From Dicyema japonicum (taxonomy: Eukaryota; Animalia; Dicyemida): a stretch of 64,000 nucleotides of DNA. Location of the stretch: positions 591,216 through 655,215 of the forward strand of contig RDEW01000031.1 in NCBI GenBank assembly GCA_011109175.1, given 5' to 3'. The notes beneath the pieces were generated by a model that worked only from the letters and a program-made list of their open reading frames with translations, had not been told where the DNA came from and did not search any database. The position numbers and the translations under genes are program-made. The first letter of the stretch is position 1. Each line of letters starts with the position of its first letter. Below, piece by piece: positions 52,880 to 64,000 of the stretch.

Positions 52880-54809
52880 CTACTAATTTTCACATGGATT
52901 GCATTCTACCATTTTGTGTTGTTTGCGGTGAAAAACTTGTGAATAGTGCTATGGCTCCAACGAAACTCCATTTCTTCACCAAGCACCTGAACTTTTAGAG
53001 AAAAAAAAGAATATTTTATGCGGAAATTGGATCAGAATAAATTTCAAGCATCCCGTTTTACAAAAAAAATTCAAAATAAACGAAAAAGCACTGCATTCTA
53101 GTTATGCTGTTGCTGAGATTACCGCTAAAAATATGAAAATCGCATACTCTCGCCGAAACTGTCATTTTGCCTGCATCCAAAGATCAAGGATATGTATGAT
53201 GACATTGAAAGTACTTTGGTTCTGCGAATATAAAAAATCTGTGTGTTTTTTGCGCTTCAAAGGATGAGAGCTCAGATATTAACGGGAAGAATGTAATTTT
53301 TTGTTTTCGTTCGATATATGAATGATGAATCCATTGTTGAAGGTTTTCTTTGCTGCAAAAATTTGCTCGGAACAACAAAGGGATGTGAAATTTTGAATCT
53401 TATAAATTCACATTTAGAAGACATAAAGTTGGATTGGAAAGCATGTGTGGGTATCTGCACTGATGGTCAGCAATGACTGGGCAATTTAAAGGCTTTGTTT
53501 CTATTGCAAAAAATAAGAATCCGAACATTATTCACAAGCATTGTTTTCTTCATCACGAGGCATTGGTCGCAAAAACTATTGGACGGGAACTTAACTTTTT
53601 TTTGGACATGGTTGTAAAAATAATTAATTACATCAAAATGAGGCCTCTGAAATTGTGACAGTTCCCGAAACTTTGTGAAAATGCAGAACATTGAGTTTTT
53701 GATTTTGCAAACTGAAGTAAGATGACTCTCAAAGGGAAACGTGTTAATTCTTTTCTATGAACTAAGACACGAATTGTTGGCGTTTTGCATACAAGAGAAG
53801 TTGGATGACTTTATTGAATGCCTCAATGGTGAATTTTGGTGTTGCAAATTAGCATACCTCGCCGATATTTTTTTATGAACTCAATGTTCCAATAGCAGCA
53901 TGCAAGGAAGAAATGAAAATCTATTTTGATATTGATTCGTTTTTTGCTTATTGTCAAAAAAGAATATCCTATTTGGAAAACAAATCTTTTGGTCCAGTTT
54001 TCAACTATTTATCTCTGAGAAAGTGAATTTTCTGCATTTAATGTATTTAACATATGAAAAAGAAATATGGATTATGGAAAACCACCAAAAAAGATAGGTC
54101 AAAACTAACTAATTAAGTAATCCCAACAACATTCGAACTCTCTTCATTTGGTCTTCTGATGACCCAATCGCACACCGGAAGCGCCTTCTCTTCCTTCTGC
54201 ATAGGAATTCAATTGGCGTGCACTTTTTTTATAACCGACCGAAATTCCTCTGCATGGGCCACCTTTTCCTTGAATGGGTTTCCCAGTTCCTTGCAAAAAC
54301 GTAGGAAACCCTGTCCATTTCTCACCGTCGCCTCTTCTGAAAGCAGACTGGGGAAGGATGTGGAGTCTGATTGTATGTGCCTCATGATCTTCCGTCTGAG
54401 AGAATTCACACGCTCCACCCTCGTAGAAGGAATGGCAAATCTTCAGAGAGAACAGGCATATTCAATCGTCGGCGCAATAACTTGGAGATATACTTGCTGA
54501 TACAAGCAGTAAGAGGGAAGGGGCTCTTCTTTACGATGGCTTTTAGGACGTTCCACTTTCTACATTAACAATTATAAAGCATAAAAACGCGCAAATCTAC
54601 TGTATGCGGACGAAGACCAGCGTTTATTTCTGTCAAGGCAAAATTACAGAGGTATGCAAGAGAGGTCAGCCTCAACAATCTCACTAACTAGCATTTTATT
54701 TTGTTATATTAGTAAAATACTGATAATTGCTAAAAACTATATAAGGGTTCCGTATAAAATGAAAAATGTCGATAGGGTTCCGTGCTCTCAAAAAAGTTGG
54801 GAACCACTG
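52880..54809 (+). mobile_element. Decayed hAT (Buster/Charlie-type) transposon; right TIR present, left end not found
   Basis: CVVCGEKL..MAPTKL, CVGICTDG, HCFLHHEAL and TEVR.LSKG; right end AAGTTGGGAACCACTG at 54794-54809. Confidence 0.85.
54075..54560 (-). mobile_element. Jockey-group LINE 3' stub nested in the hAT element
   Basis: Highly similar to 19860-20275. Confidence 0.85.
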
Positions 54810-54919
54810 GTATAGAGGTTTTCATAAATATTAGGTCTAAGGACCACCAGAACTTAGAATCGTAAGTGAGAGTATTAAATGTTTAAAGAGTAAATCCATT
54901 ATTAATATTAAAATTCCGA

Positions 54920-55616
54920 CTAAATAATGATGCACTGATTTTTAGTTTTAATTGTATTTTTATTTCTACTATTTAATGCATATTTAATGGCATCATCAAA
55001 AACTCGTTTGACATTATCCATATTAATAGCTGAACATTCCAAATAAAGATAAGCACCTAGTAATATTAATATTAATGTAACCAAGTTCATTAGCTAGTTT
55101 TTTGCCCATTTGATATGTTATAACTGTTTGTCCATTTGATTTGAGTCTATTAATGGTATCAATGTCATCTCTCTTATCAGTTTTAGTGCCAACAAGTATA
55201 AAGGGGGTATTTGGACAATGTTCATTTATTTCTTGAAGCCATTTTATTTTTACGTTACTGAGGGATTGAGGCTGATCTACAGCAAAACATACAATAAATA
55301 TATCCTAATTATATTCAATAAAATATACTGTTTGTGGATATGAAAGTGGTCTAAGTCTATCGTAATCTTCTTGTCCAGCAGTATCCCACAATGTGAGATT
55401 AACTGGTTTTATTATATTTTGAGATTTTGTATTAACACACATTGAGTAGTTGTCAAATCTATTAGTCATACAAATGACCATACACTGTGGGAATATAATC
55501 TGACGGAAATGAATTTGATGTGTAACTTACTATTAGGCATGTTTTCCCCACCGCACTAATTTTATATTTTTATATATTAACCCATCACCCACGATCACGC
55601 ACTTTATGTTTTCCAT
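54920..55616 (-). CDS. Rac-type Rho-family GTPase, 198 aa
   Basis: Introns 55556-55581, 55459-55483, 55305-55328 and 55057-55081 give [63 protein letters not shown] and CAAX CIII*. Trp in the LW-DTAG position favours Rac over Cdc42. Confidence 0.93.
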
Positions 55617-55988
55617 ATTTAATTAAATAAATTTGCATAAAATTATAAAATTAGGGTTTACCACCAAAACATTTAATTATACTTTGGTTTATTTTATAAC
55701 TTTATTTTGTCAAAAATAATATAATTCACTCTAGTGTTTGTGGCTATATCATGTTATCGTCCAACTTTTTTCGCTTGGACCCAGTACACAGCTCCTTCGC
55801 TACATACTGCTCCTCACTACCGTCTGTCTACTCAATCAAATATGTGGTTCTATGGACAGCTTCACTTTATCCCCTTTTCGTGCTAAAGACTTTCGTATGA
55901 GGTAGCAGATTGAATATATGCTAAAACAATAATCTCATAAAATTTACTCATAATTTTTTCACGAGTCAACACAATCATAATATTATAT

Positions 55989-56490
55989 CAGTGGTTTCTA
56001 ACGGGGGTGATGGAATTTTAATTATTATAAATATTGGTTTTATAAATCATTTGCCACGTGCTTTTTTAATTAAATCTACTTTTCTTGTGTGTACTTTTCT
56101 AAAAAAATTATTGAGAAACTTGATGAAAATCGTTTTACGATTAATAAAATATATACAAAAAATGCGAAGATACTTGAAAAAGGCCTATTAGCATCATACA
56201 AAATATCGCAATTGATACCAAAATTAGGAAAACCTCATAGTATAGGAGAGTCCTTAATATTACCAGCTATCAAAAAAATACTTGATTTAATGGTTTATTG
56301 TGATTCTGGTCAAATAATTTCATCATTTCCTCTCGACAATAGTTTTGTTTCCCTCAGAATTGATGAAATGGACCGTCGAACAATATTTTTTAGACATGGA
56401 ATATCCCTTAGCAACATTATTGCTTGTTCTACAGATGGTATGATTGGAGTTCATCGTAGGTTTGTAGCATATATTTGTGAACAAACATTT
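55989..56490 (+). mobile_element. hAT left end and transposase fragment
   Basis: CAGTGGTTTCTAAC terminus; LASYKISQLI..GKPHSIGESLILPA and ACSTDG. Confidence 0.75.
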
Positions 56491-56499
56491 ATAATTTTA

Positions 56500-57470
56500 A
56501 AAATTTTCGACGTACAATTTGAAAAATGATGATTTCAGATGGTTACAGGCCTCACTCCCTGTAGCCTGCGGTGGTTTGGGTCTTTCTCTTCCTTCGGACG
56601 TTGCTTTGGGCGCCTATTTATCTTCGTTCGGCTCGTCAAGGCGTTTAGTGGATACGGTCCTTCACTCTACTTCCGGACTAAACGTACCGCTGACGCCGTC
56701 GGGAGCCTGGGATGAATGGATGAATTTGTACCTGAATGCTCCGGTCAATTGTGATAAGCAAAAGTCCTATTTGTTTTGTGTCTTCGAAAAGAAGAAAAAG
56801 TCCCTTGAAAAGACGGAAGTTGTAAGAAGGCTTGCCTGCCTCAAACACTCGACGGGGGCCTGGATGAACGCTTATCGAACTGCCGAAATTGGAAACCTGT
56901 TGGATGATGAGGCTGTGAGAATAGCTACCTCGCTTCATCTTGGTCTTAAATTGTGTGCCGAAAAAAATGCCGCTGTGGACGTTGGATCGATCCTTTTGGT
57001 TATCATCCCTTGTCATGCAAGATGAGTGCGGGTCGTTTTCCCAGGCACTCCTGTCTTAACATGACATTAAAGAATTCCCTTGCCTCTGCTGGACACCATT
57101 GCCTATTAAAACCTGCTGGTCTTTCCCGAAACGATGGAAAACGCCCTGATGGGATGACGACTTTTCCATTCGCCAACGGACGAAACCTGATCTGGGACGC
57201 GACGTGTGTTGATACTTATTCCCCGTCTAATTTGGTTGCTTCTGCTTCAGACCCAGGACATGCTTCAAAGCAGGCCGAGGAACGAAAGAGGAGGAAATAC
57301 CAGAGAATTTCGGAGGAGTATCTTTTTGTTCCATTTGCGGTGGAAACGTCAGGAATCCTTGGCCCCCAAGCAGATGAGTTGGTTCGTAAGATCGGCTCCA
57401 TGATTCTACTGTTAAGGGAAATAGCATAGCCATTCAGATGCCTTAATTTAATTTTTACATTTAAAAGTGC
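56500..57470 (+). mobile_element. CRE-clade 3' fragment (divergent subfamily)
   Basis: QASLPVACGGLGL, GAWMNA, CRCG..GYHPLSC, RHSCLN, DGKRPDG, LIWDATC and PFAVETSG. Confidence 0.87.
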
Positions 57471-57659
57471 TCTAATTAAAAAAAAATTTGAAAAATGGCC
57501 AAATAAATCCGCAATTAAAAAAATTAAATCTTAAAAGGCGCTGAATTAAAACAGAATATTTAAATGATATCGTAAAAAATGACAAACAGCAATTCAAAAA
57601 CAAAAAACCTTTATCCTCGCCACTATAGGCCTTAACCAAAATATCCACATACAAATAAT

Positions 57660-57765
57660 CTAACAGGATCTAGCAAGAACATGAAAGCCTGGAGTAAGCT
57701 AACTCTTTCTCTTATATTTTTTTGCTGCACATGCGGGGCTCTCGTGGAAGTGCTAATAATAAAAA
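57660..57765 (+). mobile_element. RTE 3' UTR stub
   Basis: ttgctgcacatgcggggctctcgtggaagtgc(taa)n. Confidence 0.7.
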
Positions 57766-57839
57766 AATCTAAAATCAACACAAGAATTATTTAATTTTAT
57801 AAAGCGAAAAAGGTCCAAAGAAAGCTAACCAACCATTAA

Positions 57840-58323
57840 CTAAGCAGCCTCAACGGCCTCCTTATGAGTTTCCTTCACAAATCTTTTATACACCTTCAAG
57901 GAAGAATGACTGAAGGCCAAATCGATGAGCCCTTCATTAATGAATACTCACTACCCTTGGCGTTCATGTCCTTCAGGGCTGCCCTCGCCAGTGATGATGT
58001 TACCTTGTATTTCTCGGCAATCATAGATGGAGTCACTATCTTCATATTTGGGACTTCTTTCAGGAATTTTTTATATTGGGGATCCTCAAAGAATATTTGG
58101 CTGTTAAGCTTCTCCTTCATCTGTCCTTTGTTCCATTTCTGTGGGGGAGTTAGTCAGAATGTACCTTTTTCTTCACTTTGCTCTGTCCTGACTGCTTGTT
58201 CATCATAGTTTTAGCATTCTTCTGCTGATTCTTTCCTCCTTTGACATTACCCTTGGCGTTTGGCTTGGCATTCTTGTCTGGTTTTTTCTATTATGTTAAT
58301 AGAAATTCTACAGCAGGAGGCAT
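57840..58323 (-). CDS. RPS25: 40S ribosomal protein S25 (eS25), 136 aa
   Basis: Introns of 24, 26 and 23 nt give MPPAKK..KKKKWNKGQMKEKLN..KEVPNMKIVTPSMIAEKYKVTSSLARAALKDM.AKGLI. Confidence 0.95.
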
Positions 58324-58419
58324 TGACAAAAACGTGGTTTACTTTTAATTATTTAAATTATTTAAATTTAATTAAAATTAAAGCATTTTTATAATTCAAT
58401 TATTAATGAATCTCAAGCT

Positions 58420-58780
58420 ATACTAGTGAAGGCCACAGAAAAACTACAAATTAACCTGGAAAGGCTTAATGCCTGGATAATGAGAAACTGGCTCGTGGTG
58501 AATACAGAGAAATTGTCTACGTCATTATTTACCTCTGACAAAAGATTGAGAAGGAAGACAGTCATTTTGATTTAAACAAGGTCGGCATTTTTTTCAACAG
58601 ATGTCAAAGGATCTTGGGTGTGACAATTGATAAGCATCTCTGTTTGAAATCACACGTAGAATTCATTTTATTGAAATACGAGAAGAAACTGAACGTATTG
58701 AAAAGTTTATCGGGAATATAGAAGAGTGGTACTCACTCAGTCTTGATGAACGTGTACAAACAGTACATTGAGTTGTGCAT
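58420..58780 (+). mobile_element. Jockey-group LINE fragment
   Basis: Similar to 30425-30775. Confidence 0.75.
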
Positions 58781-58799
58781 CGTAAGAGGACCAGCAAGG

Positions 58800-60600
58800 T
58801 TTTATCCTTCTCCCTTTTCATGTCTCAAAACAATACATGAATGAATTATCCCAAATTAATGTAAAATATTTGCTTGTGACAAATTTCTCGGATATTCACT
58901 ACCAAATATCGATAGAAGAGACACCACTTTACTACGGAACTTTAAATACATCTGTCACAGCTGTGGAAATCATGATTCAATCTCTGCTAATACTATTGAA
59001 AACATTGCGGATGTCCAAGTTAACTATTAGTGCAATCTGAGTGTATAGTGAAGTAGTAATGAAATTTTGGATTGAGTGAATTGCTTCTTCGATAAAGAAA
59101 TACCTTTGCTGAGTTGAGCTCGGTTCGAAGCATAGAATTTAGATTTTTGATGTCATGCGTTTAAATACATTACTTTTCACAAGGCCAATTACTTTTAATT
59201 AAAACAGGAGTTCCCGGACATAGTCGGAAATCTCTACTCGAAGAATGCAGTAAAAGTCTTCATTGAATTTATTGCAGCAATACCAGAAGTAAGGTTCTTA
59301 ATATGGTTTAGAAGTAAGCCATATAAGCTAGCAATAATGCTTCACGAGAATGATAAGTAGCAGATCGCATATCACCTGTAGTAATCGTCAAATGTGGAAT
59401 GCTTATCACAATAATCGTTTCGCGCAGGATGTTTTTGGATGATCTGTTCAAGGATCTCTTTTGTTAGTAAAAGTATCTTATTGTTGCTGGTGAATGTACG
59501 TAGTTCCTCGCGAATGTCACTAACCATGATCTTCTTGTTCACTTCTGGACATATATCTTGCTCGTTGATGTTGAAATTGGATGCTGAGAGTGAACAATCG
59601 GCGATCGAAAGAGTTCCGAGAATATTACTTGGGTTACAGTTTCGTATTTAAAGTCATTCTTATTGATTTGAGATTCCCTTCATTCAGCACAGATGGATAT
59701 GAACCAAAGACAAGAGGTGCAAAGAATAATAGGCAGATTTAGGCATTTTGAGTATCGTCTTCGATTTTTTAATGTTTAGATTTGAAGGACAAAAGGAAAT
59801 AGTCAGACGAGTCGATCTTGGGATCCTATGCGCGATGACCCTCTCAGACACTAGTTGTTTCAAGCGGCGTAGAAATTCCCAGTTAGATAGATCCAAGACA
59901 AATCTTGAAGAGGATTCTTTCTGATGGACATAATTCCCAAAACATGACCAATTTGGTAGAGATTGTGCCATTTTTAGCGTTATTTTATAATGTATACAAG
60001 GTGACCGAACATTAGGCAACTGTAACATTTATTACAGACTTTCCTCTTGTTTGCTAGGCCATAAGGAAAAAGAGACGTACGGAAAGTATGGCCTCTTGTG
60101 TCTGTTTTAGGTATAATGTCGTTCCTTGTCATTAAGTTCTATCATTTTTATTCAGAGATTCAGATCACGAATTCAACTTACTCTTTTTTAAATAGTACGA
60201 TGTTTAGCGTTTTCTGCAACAGTAAAATGGATACGTATCACCTTTAATTTATCACTGATAGCGAGAACGGATCGATCCTTGCTGCATAAGCGTATTCGAT
60301 GCTATATGTAAAAAATGTTTATTGAACGAATGGCCTTCAGTATTCCTATGTTATTTTAAATCCTCAAAGTCACTAGGAACACCTGATTTGTGAATGATAC
60401 AAGAGAATCAATAATAACTCCGATGGGTCTTCTTAGTTGTGGTCGAGAGTCATTCAAATTGAATCTTTTCATTATACTTGTTTTTAGTTAAAAAGAGTAT
60501 CTTAGTGGGAAATTGGAGATAATTTCGTGATAATATTCTTTATAGATTTAACTAAAAAATATCGAATCTTCATTAAGTTAGTAAATTTGGAAATTATAAA
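58800..60600 (-). mobile_element. Probable decayed Penelope-like element (RT plus GIY-YIG)
   Basis: Remnants in Penelope order: RRPI (~60430), HYK..MA.SL..FGNY (~59950) and a GIY-YIG-like FS...ASY.GLTSK (~59320). Confidence 0.4.
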
Positions 60601-60669
60601 GTTTGAAAACTAATTTTAGCATATAAGTAACTTATTTTCTAACATTGGTTTTTTTACGCACGAATTAGC

Positions 60670-60835
60670 GGTCAACTCAAAACTGGAGACGATCTTGAAG
60701 ATATTCGTAAACGCGCGAGGAACAGAGCTAGATGGAGAGGACTGACTGGGAGGATAGTTTAGTGTACGGCACGAACGAAACCTTAGGCATTTTACGTGCT
60801 TATGGCAACGCGGGAGTGCTATTAACTAACTACTT
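60670..60835 (+). mobile_element. RTE 3' stub
   Basis: LKTGDDLEDIRKRARNRARWRGL followed by gtgct(a/t)..(taac)n. Confidence 0.75.
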
Positions 60836-61107
60836 ATTGTGGAGTATTGGACCTTCATTATAGGAGAAATGAAAATTTGAAGAATATATTGTTGATTTTA
60901 TTGTAAAAACAGAATAAGTTGCTGATTAAGGCCTTGGAAATTCTAAAACCGTTAGAGTGTGTTAGATTGAAAGAGATGTTTCAAAGATCACAACTAAAGC
61001 TATGTTTATTATACATATATGGATTAAAGAAGGATGATGTGAAATCGTTGATTGTTGGCACACGGATTGATTGAGTTTATATACAAAATTGATCGTAAAT
61101 ATAAAAA

Positions 61108-61970
61108 ATGTTATTACTACTAATATATGGATGTCATAAAATGTTTAGTGAGTTTGTATTGTGTGATTGAATTAGAAAAGATTCAGAGAATATGTTAGTA
61201 AGATTGTGTATTGTCGTTGATGTATTAAAGACATCAAATTACAGCAATAGTAATATTATTGTAATAATAAATCAAATGATGAAATACACATATAATGTTC
61301 GATTAATATAAGTTTAGCCATTCAACCAACTCAATATAAGTGTTTTATTGACAGAAATAAAATTTAATCAAAATTATAATATTTCTAATTTAGTGGATTT
61401 TGGCACTTTCGTCAATGATTTGAATATTTTAAAAATGAATGATGTTGCTATTTTGTTGAGGTAGAAATATAAAATAATTAGTTATTTCCCACATGAAGAA
61501 TATCAGGGAATTGCCTATGTTAGCACTATTTGTGGAATATTCTCATATGGATTGATTAATATTGAATATTGGGTTTATTAATATTAATTTAGAATAAAAA
61601 TAATACAAAAACAATGGCAATCACTTTAGTTCATGAAATTGGTCATATTTTTGGATTCGACCATGTACAAGACGAAGAATGTGGGAAATACTGTTTCATG
61701 GTTTCTAATGGTTTACAATCGTTAAATTATTTATATTTAATTTTAGAAGAAATCAGTGGTCATGGAGAACCTTAAATACTTTTAATAATAAACTATTGGG
61801 TTCATCATATTCTTGTTTACGTAAACCACCACCAACGACACACATCACCAAGAGTATATAATTAATAATATTTTATAGATTTTACTAATAGGGAGAATGA
61901 TAGATTTACTAATGGAGAGAATAATCAACTACTTTATTATGCAATACTCATTATTAATTTATTAATTTAA
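61108..61970 (+). CDS. Minimal reprolysin/ADAM-like (M12B) zinc metalloprotease, 241 aa, probable GPI anchor
   Basis: Six introns (61152-61175, 61297-61317, 61461-61481, 61573-61592, 61721-61746, 61854-61878) give 726 nt in frame. Contains VRLCIVVD, DVAILL, GIAYVSTIC, HEIGHIFGFDH (61632-61664), Met-turn CFM, WS and CL, and a hydrophobic C-terminus. Confidence 0.85.
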
Positions 61971-61989
61971 CCACATTTTTAACACTAAA

Positions 61990-63195
61990 AATAATAATAA
62001 CTAAATTATTAAACGTATTTTGATCCAGATTGTTGGTAATCCCTCTTCTCTTAGAAGAAGAATGTGCCGTAACCTCCCTGTTACTCCGCATCTCCACATC
62101 AGATTCAGTCAACATATCTCCGTTAGAGTCCAGTGGGCTGTCCTCGGCATGCCAGTTCCACAAGTCCGTTCAATCCTGCAAATCAGAAGATCGACGTGGT
62201 CATGATTCAAGAAACTAAATTACGCATGAATTATTTCACTCCTTCATTCCTTGGATACGAGGCAATTAGGATGGACCGTAAAAAGAGAAGAGGGGGTGGA
62301 CTACTTATTCTATTCAAAAAGAACTTGAAATGCAGAGACATTACTTCGGAATGAGGAAACTTGTTGGAAATGACGAGGTTACTGAGGCAATTGGAATCTC
62401 GCTAAGGACAACGAAAGAAAGTATGTGCCTCGTGAATATCTACTTGCCTCCTCCTTGCTCCTGCCCAAAGGAATATGTTATTCCAAACCTATAAGATTGG
62501 TTGTTACAACGTGTTGTTGTGGTGTTTATACATTCTTTAAAACTGTATTTAAATGCCAAGAAAATCTTATGAGCAAACTCTCCTACGATCTAATTGGAAG
62601 CAACGTTACTGCAAAACATCAAATCTCGAGTTTTCGTAACACAGAATCTCACAATTTCGCAACATGGAACGTAAGAGGCTTAAGCGAAGGGAAACTAGAA
62701 GTCGTGGAGGAAACTCGTTCATGAGATCTCCAAGGGTCGGACACGACTTAATTGGACAACATAACATATAACATACAAAATTGGCTATCTACTATGAGAT
62801 CATCATATGTGGAGATTTAAACACAAAGCACCCATTATGGTTGTTAACCCAACAGGCCAACAGGAGGGGGATGCTATTGTTGTTGAAATCGGACTCCCTA
62901 ACGATACTGAACGATCCATCGAAAAATACAAGGACCCCACTCAGAGAGACGGATCGGCTTACCTCACCGGATGTAACACTCTGCATCGAAAATTACCTGG
63001 TCAGTCTTCTATGAAACAAGAAGCGACCATAATCCAATTGTGATGAAGGTCATGAGAGAAGTCAGAGTGAAGAGAACATTTTCTAGTTATAACTACAAAG
63101 CTGCTAATTGGGAATTGTATCGCGCAATCTCGGATGATAGACTAAAGAATTGTTACTTTGACAGCTGCAAATCGATAGAAAAAGCAATCAAATAT
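61990..63195 (+). mobile_element. I/Jockey-group LINE 5' part (EN), same family as 28420-31100
   Basis: IQETKL, RGGGL, VNIYLPP, CGDLN.KH and TSPDVT. Confidence 0.85.
62501..62775 (+). mobile_element. BovB/RTE-1-like internally deleted mini-element
   Basis: ATWNVRGLSEGKLEVV (EN start) fused directly to catgagatctccaagggtcggacacgacttaa and a (CATAA)-like tail; it interrupts the Jockey EN, with a diverged ..aa(g/a)attgg duplication. Confidence 0.7.
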
Positions 63196-63324
63196 GTCAC
63201 GAGCCTAGGGTGTTACCGACCCTAGGTGGTTACACTTATGGACTTAGAAAAAAATTCAAAAAAATATTCGGGAATTAGTGTCTATCAGGGATGTAGTTTC
63301 ATGCGAGATTTATAATAATGTTCT

Positions 63325-63945
63325 ATCTATTATTATTATTAGCACTTTCACGAGAGCCATAATATTTATAGCCCCGCATGTGCAGCAAAAAATATAAGAG
63401 AATTAGTTAGGTTGCTGTTCTTTGCTAGGTCCCTCAGTGAGTCCAGATCGCTCCAGATGGAAATGTTTTCTTCACGGCTTTCAGATCGTTTTGTAGAACG
63501 ACCAGGAAGGTAGTTCTAGGTCTTCCACGAAAGCGTTTTACATTGGAGGAGTAATAATCTTTCATTGCGATATTCGGGGAGATATCGGGTTCAACCTCAG
63601 AACGTATCCAAAAAGTCTCCAACGAGAGCTAATGATCTCGTGACTTAATGATGTACAGTCAATTCCATCTTGGATGGCCAGGACATTCCAGTTATGTTTC
63701 TTAGATGATTCATGTGAAATGAGTCTAGCCTCCCCAATTCCTTTTTAGAGGTGGCCCAGGTCCCAGAGTTGTATAGTAGGATTGGTTTGATGAAGCTGTC
63801 GTATAACATAATCCTTTGTTTTATGTTATATCCTTTCCGTTTTAGCCAAAAATATTTCAGCCTTTGTAATGCCGCATTTGCCAATGTTTTTCTCCTTATG
63901 ATGTCTTCGCTATCTCCTAGTAGAGAGCCAAGTTTCTTTATCTTC
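63325..63945 (-). mobile_element. 5'-truncated RTE LINE
   Basis: KLGSLLG, LYNSGTW, RGRPR and the shared 3' UTR. Confidence 0.88.
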
Positions 63946-64000
63946 AAGGGAGTTATTATCCCTAGCCTACTTAATGGGTGCGAGGGGTGGTTCTTCTCTC
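63940..64000 (+). mobile_element. Start of another copy of the 24221-27348 LINE (RT C-terminal part)
   Basis: Near-identical to 26967-27027. Confidence 0.8.

Noticed and set aside
58780-59000. Hammerhead ribozyme in a putative Penelope terminal repeat
   Set aside because: No CUGANGA...GAAA core with flanking stems was found on either strand.
1-64000. CRISPR arrays, retrons, DGRs or other prokaryotic RT-based systems
   Set aside because: No repeat-spacer array is present; all RTs have eukaryotic non-LTR architecture (APE or RLE, TSDs, polyA or microsatellite tails), and host genes are spliced.
1-64000. Alternative genetic code (stop-codon reassignment)
   Set aside because: Conserved genes end in TAA, TAG or TGA at the expected positions, and internal stops are all explained by micro-introns.
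1-64000. tRNA, rRNA, snRNA or spliced-leader RNA genes
   Set aside because: No recognisable conserved motifs were seen; a divergent SL or snRNA gene cannot be excluded without covariance searches.

Overview
This is an AT-rich eukaryotic window, almost certainly metazoan, and not prokaryotic. About ten compact host genes can be spliced by hand using the standard code and very short GT-AG introns (20-29 nt): an orphan type-I membrane protein, a GT31 beta-1,3-galactosyltransferase, a Myc/Max-type bHLH-ZIP, an orphan coiled-coil protein, AP-2 sigma, a tomosyn/Lgl-family protein, VMP1, a Rac-type GTPase, RPS25 and a minimal reprolysin (M12B) metalloprotease. Tiny introns plus a metazoan gene set suggest a reduced parasite such as a dicyemid (inference only). 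Most remaining sequence is nested, mostly decayed transposons: RTE, I/Jockey-group, R4-like and CRE-clade non-LTR retrotransposons, hAT (Buster/Charlie-type) DNA transposons and probable Penelope remnants. The most notable items are: (1) a CRE retrotransposon with an N-terminal PHD finger and unrelated AT-rich targets; (2) a protease with no prodomain and a probable GPI anchor; (3) ancestral intron positions shrunk to about 24 nt and free of TE insertions; (4) a covarying hairpin in a 42-nt RTE 5' UTR; (5) a BovB-like mini-element. Many near-exact 100-215 bp tandem duplications look like assembly artefacts. All calls are by eye, without database searches, and boundaries of decayed elements are approximate.
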